Shown: positions 9,179-19,530 of the stretch, in pieces
Layout: every line of letters starts with the position of its first letter
Position numbering within the stretch: the first letter of the stretch is position 1
DNA from: Ginkgo biloba
Taxonomy: Eukaryota > Plantae > Ginkgophyta
NCBI GenBank assembly: GCA_024626585.2
Contig: JANKJI020000004.1
Span: 172,179,875 to 172,200,082, forward strand
DNA: 20,208 nucleotides
Reading direction: 5' to 3'
Notes under the pieces: generated by a model
The model's database searches: none
The model's input: the letters and a program-made list of their open reading frames with translations, nothing else
What the model was told of the DNA's origin: nothing
Position numbers and translations under genes: made by a program

Positions 9179-10630
9179 GTCAATATGTTATTTTCCTCAA
9201 AATTTATTTTGAGAAGGCTTATGACAAATTCCAATAGTACTTCATTTTTATAGTATTACAAAGGTTGGGTTTTGGGGATAATATCTATAAAATGATTCAG
9301 ACTCCATTCTCTAATCATTTTACTTAAGTTATTGTTAATGGGGTCCTCTCTAATAAAATTATTTTGGAAATACCAATTCATCAAGGGTTCATATTAGTTC
9401 CACTTTTATATGATCTCTCAATTAATGTCTTGGGATACTTGTTTCATGATGCTCAAACACATTCAAATATCATAGGTATTTATCTTCCTAATTCTCAAAT
9501 ACATGTTTTGTATGGTTAATTTGTAAATGATATAAATAATTCAAGGATAATCTTAACTAACTACTAAACTAGTTTTAAATATTTTGCACTACCTCTAACT
9601 CCTTAATAGGTCTTAACAAATTCTCATGCTACTACCTTAGAGCAGATGAAACTCTTGAATGGTTCATTGATTATGGTTTAAAGATGATTTGGAGTGAGGA
9701 AGTGTTCATATTTCTTGGAATTCAATTTGGTTTCTGTGTTATAATCAAATAAATGTGGGAGTTTTCACTAGAAAGTATTAGAAAGAAACACTCCTTTTAT
9801 AAAATCAAGGATGTTTATTTAGCAAGAAGAATATAGGTTATGGCTAGAATTTTGTCTCTATTCCACATTCATTTTTCCTCTTTTCTTCTTCCTATTAATG
9901 ATACATATAAGTCAATCACTTCCCTCATCCATAATTTTATTTGGAGTGGTTCTTCTAAATGTAAAGGTATTCCTAGATTCAATTAGGTTGTCTATTATAT
10001 GGATAAATCCAAGGGAGGATTAGGAGTTCTATACTTATGTGCTTAAGGCATAGCACTCTCAGCTAAGTCTATTCTAAGGGGATGTAAGGGAAAATTCCTT
10101 AGCAAGTGTTATTTGACTTCAAAATTTCTTAATTACTTCCTTTTGGATTGAAGTCTCAAGATGGTCTCACTAAGGATCATCTCCTTACAATCATAGTTAG
10201 ACTAAAACTAGCAGGGTCAACTATCTTTAAGGTCATTTGAAGACCTTGATAATTATTCATAAAAATATTATTAATATGGTAAGGATATTATTATAAAAAA
10301 GGAATGTATTCTTCATATGCTTCTCTCTAAAGGGGATACAAATACTATAGGAGCACAAGCCTTTTGTTATTTTATTCCCAAACTTATCAAGAATGTGGAA
10401 CAAAAGAGGAATTAAGATTGTTAGACAATATGGAAGATGGTACTTATGGCCTAAATTTTATGATGCATGGGGGTTGCCTAAATCTTGTGATATGTTGTTT
10501 ACCAAGCTAGTGAGGGAAATTCCATAGGATATTTGATCCAAGGTTTATTTAAATTACTAAAGTTCATGGTAGTTTGATTGGCATTGGTTTATTAACACTC
10601 CTTTTATGCATTATACTGTAAAAAAAAATT
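9179..10630 (+). mobile_element. LINE (L1 clade) ORF2 RT and downstream fragment, pseudogenised
   Basis: IFLKIYFEKAYDKF (LKLDFEKAYD), LQRLGFG, VIVNG, IHQGFILVPLLY (RQGCPLAPLL), G*FVND (QFADD), FIFLGIQFG (YLGIP), HNFIWSG, KSKGGLGV, GIALSAK. Many stops and some frameshifts. Confidence 0.93.
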
Positions 10631-11642
10631 TAATTGGTTTTTGTCATTTGTTTTATTTTATTTTTATTAGAAAAGTGATAATGCATTAAATTTAAAAATA
10701 TTGTACAAGGTTATAAAAAAAATGCTTTAGCGGTGTCNNNNNNNNNNNNNNNNNNNNNNNNNNNNNNNNNNNNNNNNNNNNNAGCTAGCAGTAAACTTTT
10801 TTAAACGAAGAATAGAAAATTTACAATATCAGTAGAATACAAAAATGCCTTTGAAGAATCTATCTTTTAAGATAAATTCTATAAACCAGTCATAGAAGTC
10901 ATTAACCAATGAAACCCTATGGGATATAAAGCTATATACAAAGAATTGATCATTTTAATGGACTGAGCCCTTTTGAAAATACCTAAACGAATCTTTTTGG
11001 GAGGAATTCAATACTGCCACCTACGAGGGTCCTTCACTTGTAGTTTCAACTTGCTTTCTTATGGTCTTGATTGAGATGCTCAAGATCATTTTGATTAAGT
11101 AGAGAATGGTTTTTTTTAGACTTATGAATTGTTTTAGTATGTATTTATCCTAGTTAGTAATATGAGTTATCATATGTATGGTATGCAAGTCAACTATGAT
11201 AATTGTTTGAAACCCATCACTTAACTTGGACACCACCTTCTATAATCTCCTTAAATCTTTCTCCATATTCTCCAATCTGGTGTTGGTGTTTTAAAAAATT
11301 TTGGATGATAAGAGATGAACATTATACTTATCCCTATAAGAGAAAGGCCTCAAGTCATCTATCAGAATTAGATTTCCCTTGGGGGTCACCTTTCCACCTA
11401 TTCTCTTACACTCCATCATGGAAGATGAAACCAATCAATTTGATCCATTGGCACTCATGTAGAAGGAATCTTATGCATGCACCTGATAGTAGTTGGGTGA
11501 AGTTCTGGGCAAGGTTATTAGTGATATCCCCTCTTTCTCCCCCTCCTAGATGAATTAAGGAAACCTAATATAAATTAATTCTACCCAACATGTAATTAAA
11601 AGGAGTCACCATGGATTTTAATTCTCCCAACGTAAGACTTGT

Positions 11643-12020
11643 GCCAGCATTTGCAAGGTGATCATCTAGTTTGTTTAAATTGCGAGGTATGTGGTGTAAG
11701 GAAGATTTATCTATAAACTCTACAAGCCTCTTGACCCTTTCCTAGGTATTCTCCAAAGGCCATGATACCTTCATCCATTTGCAAATAACCTGATTAATTA
11801 TCAATTTTAAGTCACCCAAAACCAAAATATTTTTTAGTCCTAAGTTTTGAATAAACTATAGACCCTGGAGTAAAGATTCATACTCTGCAACAACATTTGT
11901 AGAATTTACTATTTTTATAGTGTAGATTACATCTTTGTGTTCCTTTATGAGCATGATACATCCCCCAATCCCATACCTTCCTAGGTTATTTTTGGATGCT
12001 CCATCAAATTTAAGTATTGC
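11643..12020 (-). pseudogene. L1-associated RNase H domain (plant L1 archaeal-like type, RVT_3-like)
   Basis: ILKFDGASKNNLGRYGIGG, TNVVAEYESLLQGL, ILVLGDLKLIINQV and HHIPRNLNKLDDHLANAG correspond to the D-E-D-D catalytic motifs. They are preceded by FIS*NI*IHRNEIIF (WxxRNxxIF). Confidence 0.93.
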
Positions 12021-13169
12021 TTTAGTCTCCAATTCAACCCAAATATCATGGACTTTTTCCTTTAATCTTGTATGTCCTTTAATGGGATTTTGATTCCCAA
12101 TGTGAATGTTCTAATTCCTCATGATTTTATTCTCCTAATAAGTGAAAGTATTATTCTAACCATTTAGAACCTTTACTCTATAAGTTTCCTCCATTGCCCT
12201 CATAATCTTCCATTTACGCATGTCCTTATTATTGGTTTAGTTTTCAAAGATGATTTCATTTCTGTGGATCTATATGTTCTAGCTAATAAAGAGTAGGACC
12301 AAGTTATATAATTATTTTATTGATCTCCTTGATGGTATATTGGGAGGATGATTTCTTTTCCAGGAGAGGAGAATGGATCTCCAAGAAGTCAGTTGAGCCC
12401 AGTTGTTTGGTGCAACTTCCAATAATTCCAAATCCCACTTCTATATTTTAACTAAGAACGGGAATCTTACTAGGAGATNNNNNNNNNNNNNNNNNNNNNN
12501 NNNNNNNNNNNNNNNNNNNNNNNNNNNNNNNNNNNNNNNNNNNNNNNNNNNNNNNNNNNNNNNNNNNNNNNNNNNNNNNNNNNNNNNNNNNNNNNNNNNN
12601 NNNNNNNNNNNNNNNNNNNNNNNNNNNNNNNNNNNNNNNNNNNNNNNNNNNNNNNNNNNNNNNNNNNNNNNNNNNNNNNNNNNNNNNNNNNNNNNNNNNN
12701 NNNNNNNNNNNNNNNNNNNNNNNNNNNNNNNNNNNNNNNNNNNNNNNNNNNNNNNNNNNNNNNNNNNNNNNNNNNNNNNNNNNNNNNNNNNNNNNNNNNN
12801 NNNNNNNNNNNNNNNNNNNNNNNNNNNNNNNNNNNNNNNNNNNNNNNNNNNNNNNNNNNNNNNNNNNNNNNNNNNNNNNNNNNNNNNNNNNNNNNNNNNN
12901 NNNNNNNNNNNNNNNNNNNNNNNNNNNNNNNNNNNNNAGTCCTCTCTTTCATAAAGTGTTACTCTCCCATTCCAAGAGTCCTCTTAAAAGATTCCTTTGT
13001 CCCCATTGTTAATTTTCCAAGAAAAGGAAGTATCTATTAAGTGTTTATATTTAAAGGAATTTAACCATATTTTTGTTCCTATTGGGAATATGTTATGATT
13101 CAATACCTCTTCATGTGGGAAGTTCCCATCGTACTTTGTTAGAATGACATGATTCCATAGAGTTAGAGG

Positions 13170-14760
13170 TCATGTANNNNNNNNNNCCTAGGGATCTATT
13201 GAGAGGTATGAGTCTATGTATGCCAAGTCCTCCCTTATACATGGGTAATCACACCTCTAACCAATTTACTAAGTTAAATTTATTTTCAAGATTTAGGCCC
13301 TTCCAAAGAAAATATATAAATATATTTTTCATTCTCTTTAGAATATCTAGAGGGGTCACCATAATTATATATAAGAAGATCAGGATTGAGATCNNNNNNN
13401 NNNNNNNNNNNNNNNNNNNNNNNNNNNNNNNNNNCATATACACCCCCAGTATTTGATATTTTTCTTGATCTTGTTAAGAATACAAGACCAGTTTGTGAAC
13501 TTTAATTTGTTTAGAGTTATTAGGGTGCCTAGGTACTTCATAGGAAAGGATATCCTTCTATATTCAAAGTTTTTACTCAATTTATGGTGAGAACAAATGG
13601 ATCCATTCACCATGAATATCTTATATTTGTCCTTATTTACCTGGCCTCCATATTCCTTAAGGAATATGTCGAATTCGTTTGTTGGATTTTTAGCTTCCTT
13701 AGGGTTAATATCATTTAGAATAACCACATCTTATACAAACTAGAGGTGGGATAAGTTTTTACCACTAGTGTGATCTGGATTACTTTTATGATCCCTCTTT
13801 ATTCTAAGTTATTCAAGGCTCTACTAAAAATCACATCCATTAGAATGAAAAGGCTTGGAGAAAGGGGGAGCCCTTACCTTAAACCCCTAAAATCTCTAAA
13901 GAAGTTGGTAGGAGAATCATTAAGAAGGATTAAGAATAATACCATGGTCACATAGGCCATCACACACTTTACCCATTATGATTCAAAGTCAAATTTGATC
14001 AAGATCTTGATTAGAAAGTTCTTGTTAACCCTGTTATAAAATTTCTCCATATTTAATTTGATGATTATTATCAAGTATGTCCTCTATTTGGATGAGTGAA
14101 TAGCCTCNNNNNNNNNNTGTATTCTATTTGTCTTCCTGAGACAAATCCCCCTTGATCTTCTTAAATTAAGGAGGAAAGAATATTTCTAAGTCTATTTGCT
14201 ATTATTTTTATGATAATTTTATATCAAACATTACAAAGTGCTATTAATATGAACCCATTTAGGGAATCAAGATTTTTCTCTTTTGGAATTAAAGTTATAA
14301 AGGTTGAGTTACAATACCCAAGCATTGATTTGGCATTTATTAAGTGCCCACTATATNNNNNNNNNNNNNNNNNNNNNNNNNTTTAGTATGTCCCATGATT
14401 TTTGGTAAACATTAATGCGAAAACCATCAGAGCATAGTGCTTTTTCTTTCTTCATACTGAAAATCTCTAGTTCTACTTCTTTAAGAGAGATGGGTTTCAG
14501 TAATTATTCATTTTGATCCTTGAAAAGAATGGAGTGAATCATTAATAGGAGGTGATTCTAATATATTTTCTTATCTATTTATGGCTCTGAGAGAAGGGTG
14601 GATAAATGGTTGAGGGTTAGTGAATTTAGGTTATCTTAAACCTCTTATTCCACTCTATTTGAGTCTTTCAATTTGTGGATGAAGTTAATGTTTCTCTAGG
14701 CTACTTCCATTTTATGGAAGAAGGAGGTATTCCTATCTCCTTCTCTTAGCCAGGTTATTC
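13170..14760 (-). pseudogene. L1 ORF2 reverse transcriptase region
   Basis: WLREGDRNTSFFH, KALCSDGF (KAPGPDGF), NSTFITLIPK, IALCNV, IANRL, DQGGFVSGRQI, KLNMEKFYNRV (KLDMxKAYDRV), GLR*GLPLSPSLFIL (GLRQGDPLSPxLF), HL*FV*D (HLQFADD), FPMKYLG, GGLGI. Confidence 0.95.
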
Positions 14761-15119
14761 TTAGATTCTACTTCTAGTTGTTTGAAAATGGTATCTAGAT
14801 CTACTAGTAGTTTGGATTATTTATTAGAGAATCGTGGGTCTGAAGATTATTCCATTTGGATTTTCTACAGAGAGCCAAGTTCTTCCTCTAGTTTATATTT
14901 TTGATAGTTTAGATGACCAAAGTTGTCCTTGNNNNNNNNNNNNNNNNNNNNNNGGGGTTTTTCTTTATCAACTTCAAGGTTTTCCAAATCTTGAAAATTT
15001 TGGTTCCCCTTCTTTTCATTCCTTCTTTCCACCAATTTTGGAGGTTTTCCATGTAGCTAGGACGAATTGTTCAAATTATTTTCCATTTTAAAGTATTCCT
15101 TCAAGGATGATGGTGGCCT

Positions 15120-15836
15120 TCTAAGGAGAGTTAAATTGTCCAGTGATCAGATAATGAGAACATTATATTTCTAGCTTCTAACAAGGTGTCCATTGCTAAC
15201 ATGGATTTGTTGACTAAGAATTTATTGAATCTCTCTACAATCAGTTGCTTTCCTGATATTTTATTATTCCATGTGAANNNNNNNNNNNNNNTGTGAAGAG
15301 AACTATTTTTGGAATTATATCAACTAATTCTCTTTCAAAATAAAGTCTTACATGAGACATTTACTTCTCCTCTTGAGAGGTGTTCCCTCCTTTTTTTCCT
15401 AGTCATGAAAGATGGAATTAAAATCCCCTCCAATGATCTAACGACAATGGGTATGATGGGCCATGTTTTCTCTTAGAAACTCCCACCATAATATCTTTTG
15501 ATTGCTAGTGTGAGTCCCATATACATTTTATATAACTCTAATAAAATCCCCTAAAACTTAAACTATTACCCAAAGTGGGTTACTCTAGGATCTTTCAAGT
15601 TTGATTTTCCTTGGGTCCCATAAAGTTTTCAATCCTCTAGATTGACCTCTATCTTCTACTACTAAAGAGTTGCAACCCCCCAAAAGTGTGGGTGCTAAGG
15701 ACTCCAACTCTGCTTCAAAAAATTATATTTATTAAATTAAAACCACTAAAAATCTAATATCCTTTATTTTTTGAGCTAAGGCTCTATGTTTAGGGTTTGA
15801 TCCTAAACCTTTTAAATTTTATGATAAGACTATCAA
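15120..15836 (-). pseudogene. L1 ORF2 apurinic/apyrimidinic endonuclease domain
   Basis: LIVLS*NLKGLG (ISWNxRGL), VVLI** (VLxQET), LWDP, NVYG, IIGGDFNSI (~15438-15410), FTWNN (~15277), RFNKFL (RLDRFL), LSDHWTI (SDHxPI, ~15157-15137). Confidence 0.92.
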
Positions 15837-16269
15837 TGGGGAGGTAGGTTTATCTTACTTACATTGAAGCTTAGTTGAATTTGTATCCATTATAAGAGAA
15901 TATTATTTGCTTCCTATAATAATTCTTGGGTCTTGTATTAGCATCCCCTTCCCTTCTTTCCCATGGTTGGAGTTAATTTGGGTTGAATCCTAAAATCTCA
16001 AGCTACCTTTTTTTTTGGATAAGATCCTCCTGAGAATATATTCTTTCAATTGAGGATCTCCAAATTACTTGACCTATTATTTGAGTGGGTTCCAAGGCCT
16101 CTCCCTGAGATTTCAGTTCTAAATGAACCACTTCTTCAACTTCTTTATTTGTAAACTAAAATGGTTGGGNNNNNNNNNNNNNNNNNNNNNNNNNNNNNNN
16201 NNNNNNNNNNNNNNNNNNNNNNNNNNNNNNNNNNNNNNNNNNNNNNNNNNNNNNNNNNNNNNNNNNNNN

Positions 16270-18285
16270 AAACCAACAAAATGACTTTGGGAATGAAAGG
16301 AAGGAACAATTCATTTGTGTCTTCTCCCAAGGTGGTTTGCAACTCGTGGTGGCCTACGTCAAATCATCTCTAGGACTACTCATATTCATAGACCCTTAAC
16401 TAAGCTAGACCCCATAGGAGTACATGCTAGCCTCCACCTAGTATTCGATGGCACATCACATCATCTCTTATATTTTTCCTTTTGGGCATCTTTTGTTGTT
16501 GCGTCCAATGGAGATTGATCAGTATGCTTCCAACTTGATGCCCAAATAAATATGCTCAAGGATGTCCATTATGCGTTAATTGACATTAGTATGGTCATAT
16601 TTCCAAGCATTGTTGGTGCCCACCCAAGGCTTCATTAGAATATACAGGTTGCAAATGTACACAATTATACTCTCCCAATAAATACCAAACTTAGTGCCTT
16701 GGGGGACAAAGCCACTCTTGTTTGTTTCCCCATAGTGTTCTCCAATCTTCTTGTGGTGTGTATTTTTGTGTATTTTCCATTCTTGTCTCAATATGCAGTC
16801 ATGCAATTATAGTTTTGGTTGACACTGGTAATTCCATTACTTATGTGCATTGTAACTTCTTTAAGAGGTCACACTCCCTATTAATCTATGCAATGTCTCA
16901 CTATGACATTTTGCAATAATGTTCTTGCTTTATTACATATTAGTATTCCATATTGATCATTCAACTCACCACTATCATCATTCTGAGGAAATGCATTTTA
17001 CTTCTTGAACAAATATTTCCTCACTATGTGTTGTGAAATGTTGTTCACCAACAATGCATCTTGTAACTTTTTATCTTGCACTTTGGATCTTCCACTCTAT
17101 TCCTTAACTATTACCTAGTGTTCCTCTACTATTTCACCTTTCTCCTTAATGTAAATTGCTAGGCACTTAAACCTTACGACTCCATTTCCTTCCCTTATTC
17201 AAATTGACAAGCTTTGTTCATTCCTCCCAATGTTTCATATAGTCTTCACAACTCAGAGATCATTAATTTGTATAAGTGCATCAACTATATGTACACTAAT
17301 GATCACCCACCCATGAAAGTTCCTATGCAACATTGCTCACAACAAGACATTTTTACTTTTACAACAATGGGTTACCTAAATTCTTTAGCAAGGCATCATT
17401 CAACCCTCTAAAACTTCATAGGCTTCATAACCTCATTTGATTAAAAAAAATAATAAGAAGAATGTCTGATTTTACATTGATTTTCAACATATTAATCGCA
17501 TTATAGTTAATGATGGCTTTCCCATACAATGAGTGGATGGCATTCTTGATCGATAACACAAGGATTCCTATTTCATTTTTTTAGATTTGGCTTCTAGCTA
17601 CTCGCAAATTCCCCTTACTCCTTCAGATGTTGCAAAGACATCCTTTCATACACCTCACAATTTGTTATGAGTCTACAATAACGCCTTTTGGTTTGAACAC
17701 TACCCCATGCCTTTTAGCCACTAATGAATACTACTTTGAAAAATCTTCTTGATATTGGAAAATTTTTAGTCCATCTTAATAATATCATTATCTTCACTTC
17801 CATATGGCAAGAGCACCTTTCCATACTTCGATAAGTTCTATAATGCTTTGAGAAATACAACTTGAAGTTAAATGCCAAAAAGAAGTGTCTGGGATATTAT
17901 TCAACTCATGTGTTTGGGTTTTTGTGTCTTCAATCAAGGCATTTCCCTCTATCCTACCAAAACACAATCCAATTTGGACTTTCCAACCCCAACTAATGTC
18001 AATTCTCTACAATGCTTCCTTAACATGTATGCCTTTCTTGCCAAATTTATTCTTAATTTTGCTAATATCACTTCTCTACTTCATTCTCTCCTTCGTTAAA
18101 ACATTCCTTTTCATTGGGATCTAAGGTGTGTTATTGCTTTTACATAGATCAAGCATGCCATGACCTCAACACCTGTGCTTGTGCATCCCAATTTTTCCCT
18201 CCCTTTTCTACTTTGTACAAATGTTTCAAATAGTGGTTTGGTTGCAATCTTCTTTTAAACTTATTTTGATAATATCATGTGTCCC
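16270..18285 (+). mobile_element. Ty3/Gypsy gag-pol fragment (Gag C-terminus, protease, RT, start of RNase H), pseudogenised
   Basis: PMEID (16505), CVN*H*YGHISKHC knuckle (16572-16613), IVLVDTGNS protease (DTG at 16821), FYIDFQHIN, DGFP, LDLASSYSQI, KTSFHTP, TPFGL, VHLNNIII (VYLDD, 17769), PVLVHPNFSLPFLLCTNVSNSGLVAI (TDAS..GLGA). The order PR-RT-RH defines Gypsy. Confidence 0.95.
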
Positions 18286-18290
18286 ACCAG

Positions 18291-18735
18291 GCTGTGAAAG
18301 AGTTATGCGATGAAGTGGAAGGTGCCTTCACGATTGAAAATGTGTTAGATGTAGGGGTAAATTGGTATGAAGGAGATGTTGCCTGACAAGGATTGAATAT
18401 CACACCAATCAGGACATGGATATGGATAATTGCAAATCTGTGAAGTTGTTGCTAAGGATGAGGAGTAACATGTGGGTCTTGAGGGTATCTTAAGTCATCA
18501 AAATGCTGTAGATCCATAAGTCTTCAAGAGATGATAGCCATAAGTGATAACATGAAGATGAAAAATCTATAAACCTTCATGAATCTACTAAGAAGAGAGT
18601 GAAAATTTGTTACATAGAATAGAATGGGAGTTTGAATTTCCAAGGGTCATTGAATCGGATTCAAATGTTCAAACATGACAAAAAATTTGAATTGAATCCA
18701 GATAAATGTGCTGCAGGCATAAAACAAAAAAAAAA
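18291..18735 (+). pseudogene. Possible decayed host-gene exon (acidic/charged, unidentified)
   Basis: After CCACCAG| the sequence reads, across several frameshifts and stops, AVKELCDEVEGAFTIENVLDVGVNWYEGDVA / RIEYHTNQDMDMDNCKS / EVVAKDEE*HVGLEGILSHQNAVDP / HEDEKSINLHESTKKRVKICYIE*NGSLNFQGSLNRIQMFKHDKKFELNPDKCAAGIKQKK. No TE motif recognised. Confidence 0.3.
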
Positions 18736-19430
18736 NNNNNNNNNNNNNNNNNNNNNNNNNNNNNNNNNNNNNNNNNNNNNNNNNNNNNNNNNNNNNNNNN
18801 NNNNNNNNNNNNNNNNNNNNNNNNNNNNNNNNNNNTAACAGAAGCAGCATATCCTGTGGAATTTTGTAGACAATATTTCCAAGTAAATATGCATGGGAGA
18901 CATCAGATTTCTTTCTTTGTTAGTTTATGTATATATCTAACCTGCATGTTTCTTTTGTTGAGCTGTTTTACAAATTTCAACTTTCAAACATGGATAGGGA
19001 CCAGAAGACAAGTTGACAAGGTATATGTGACAATTAAGGATTTCTCTGAATTTCATAGTTTTGTTCATACTCGTCTTTATTGCATGGGACCATTCACATT
19101 AGACTGAAGAAACCATATTTTACAACACATCATGCTGGAACTATCAAGGATTGGTTGGTTAATCATGGAAATTATAGCTACTTCTTTGTGCCTATTGTTT
19201 GTATTACCAAGGATTGGTCAATCCCCTTTGGCTTCAAAAATGAATACCACAGTAATAGAAGAGGCAAGTGGCCTCTCATTTTACAGATTAATCCATGTTT
19301 TACATTCTTGTGGTGGTTTAATAAGCCAGTAATCCTCGAGTTAGTGAGCCTGCACCATCAGAACTTAAGTCCAACAGAGTACAAACAACAATTTTCAAGC
19401 AACATGAGGACTATTACAGGCTACAAATAC

Positions 19431-19530
19431 CTGCATAAAAACACATCTTCAAAACTCATTATGTGTTAAACCCGTCTCCAATGTTGTATCCTACCTGTAG
19501 GGTAATAGGGAAGTTGGTATCCAGTCTTAC
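19431..19530 (-). other. 100-nt GT-AG intron-like segment
   Basis: Minus-strand donor GTG|GTAAGA at 19530 and acceptor TGTTTTTATGCAG|G at 19431, with an AATAAA downstream at 19081-19076. No convincing flanking ORF. Confidence 0.35.

Larger units (their letters stand above)
10651..16169 (-). mobile_element. LINE L1 with ORF1 C-terminus, ORF2 (APE-RT-RNase H), 3' region and A-rich tail; pseudogenised
   Basis: The ORF2 domains are listed separately. The ORF1 tail is GKKGRG...KINLPPH* and abuts the ORF2 start near 15836. The 3' end reads ...CTAATAAAAATAAAATAAAA on the minus strand at 10670-10651. The 5' end is cut by the 100-N gap at 16170. Confidence 0.92.

Noticed and set aside
11203-11553. 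116-aa + strand ORF
   Set aside because: It is antisense to the L1 3' region, starts at TTG and has no independent support.
12403-12954. Long ORFs spanning N runs (also 1538-1804, 7628-7876, 16145-16373, 18632-18903)
   Set aside because: They are open only because Ns cannot encode stops.
16800-18285. Endogenous caulimovirid (pararetrovirus) PR-RT-RH
   Set aside because: Motifs such as DxFPxPRxD, KTAFxTP, PVLxHPDF and the PMEID Gag fit Ty3/Gypsy, and no movement protein is seen. An RT phylogeny would be decisive.
18838-18882. PVEFCRQYFQ as the start of a CCCH zinc finger
   Set aside because: No further Cys/His with C-X8-C-X5-C-X3-H spacing appears in the genomic or candidate spliced continuations.
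18854-18941. Minus-strand 88-nt intron (CAG|GTTAGA ... CCACAG|G)
   Set aside because: The interior is A-rich rather than U-rich on that strand. The + strand reading fits plant intron composition better.
19080-19469. 129-aa + strand ORF as a standalone gene
   Set aside because: Non-ATG start, no recognisable domain, and it runs through intron-like T-rich tracts.
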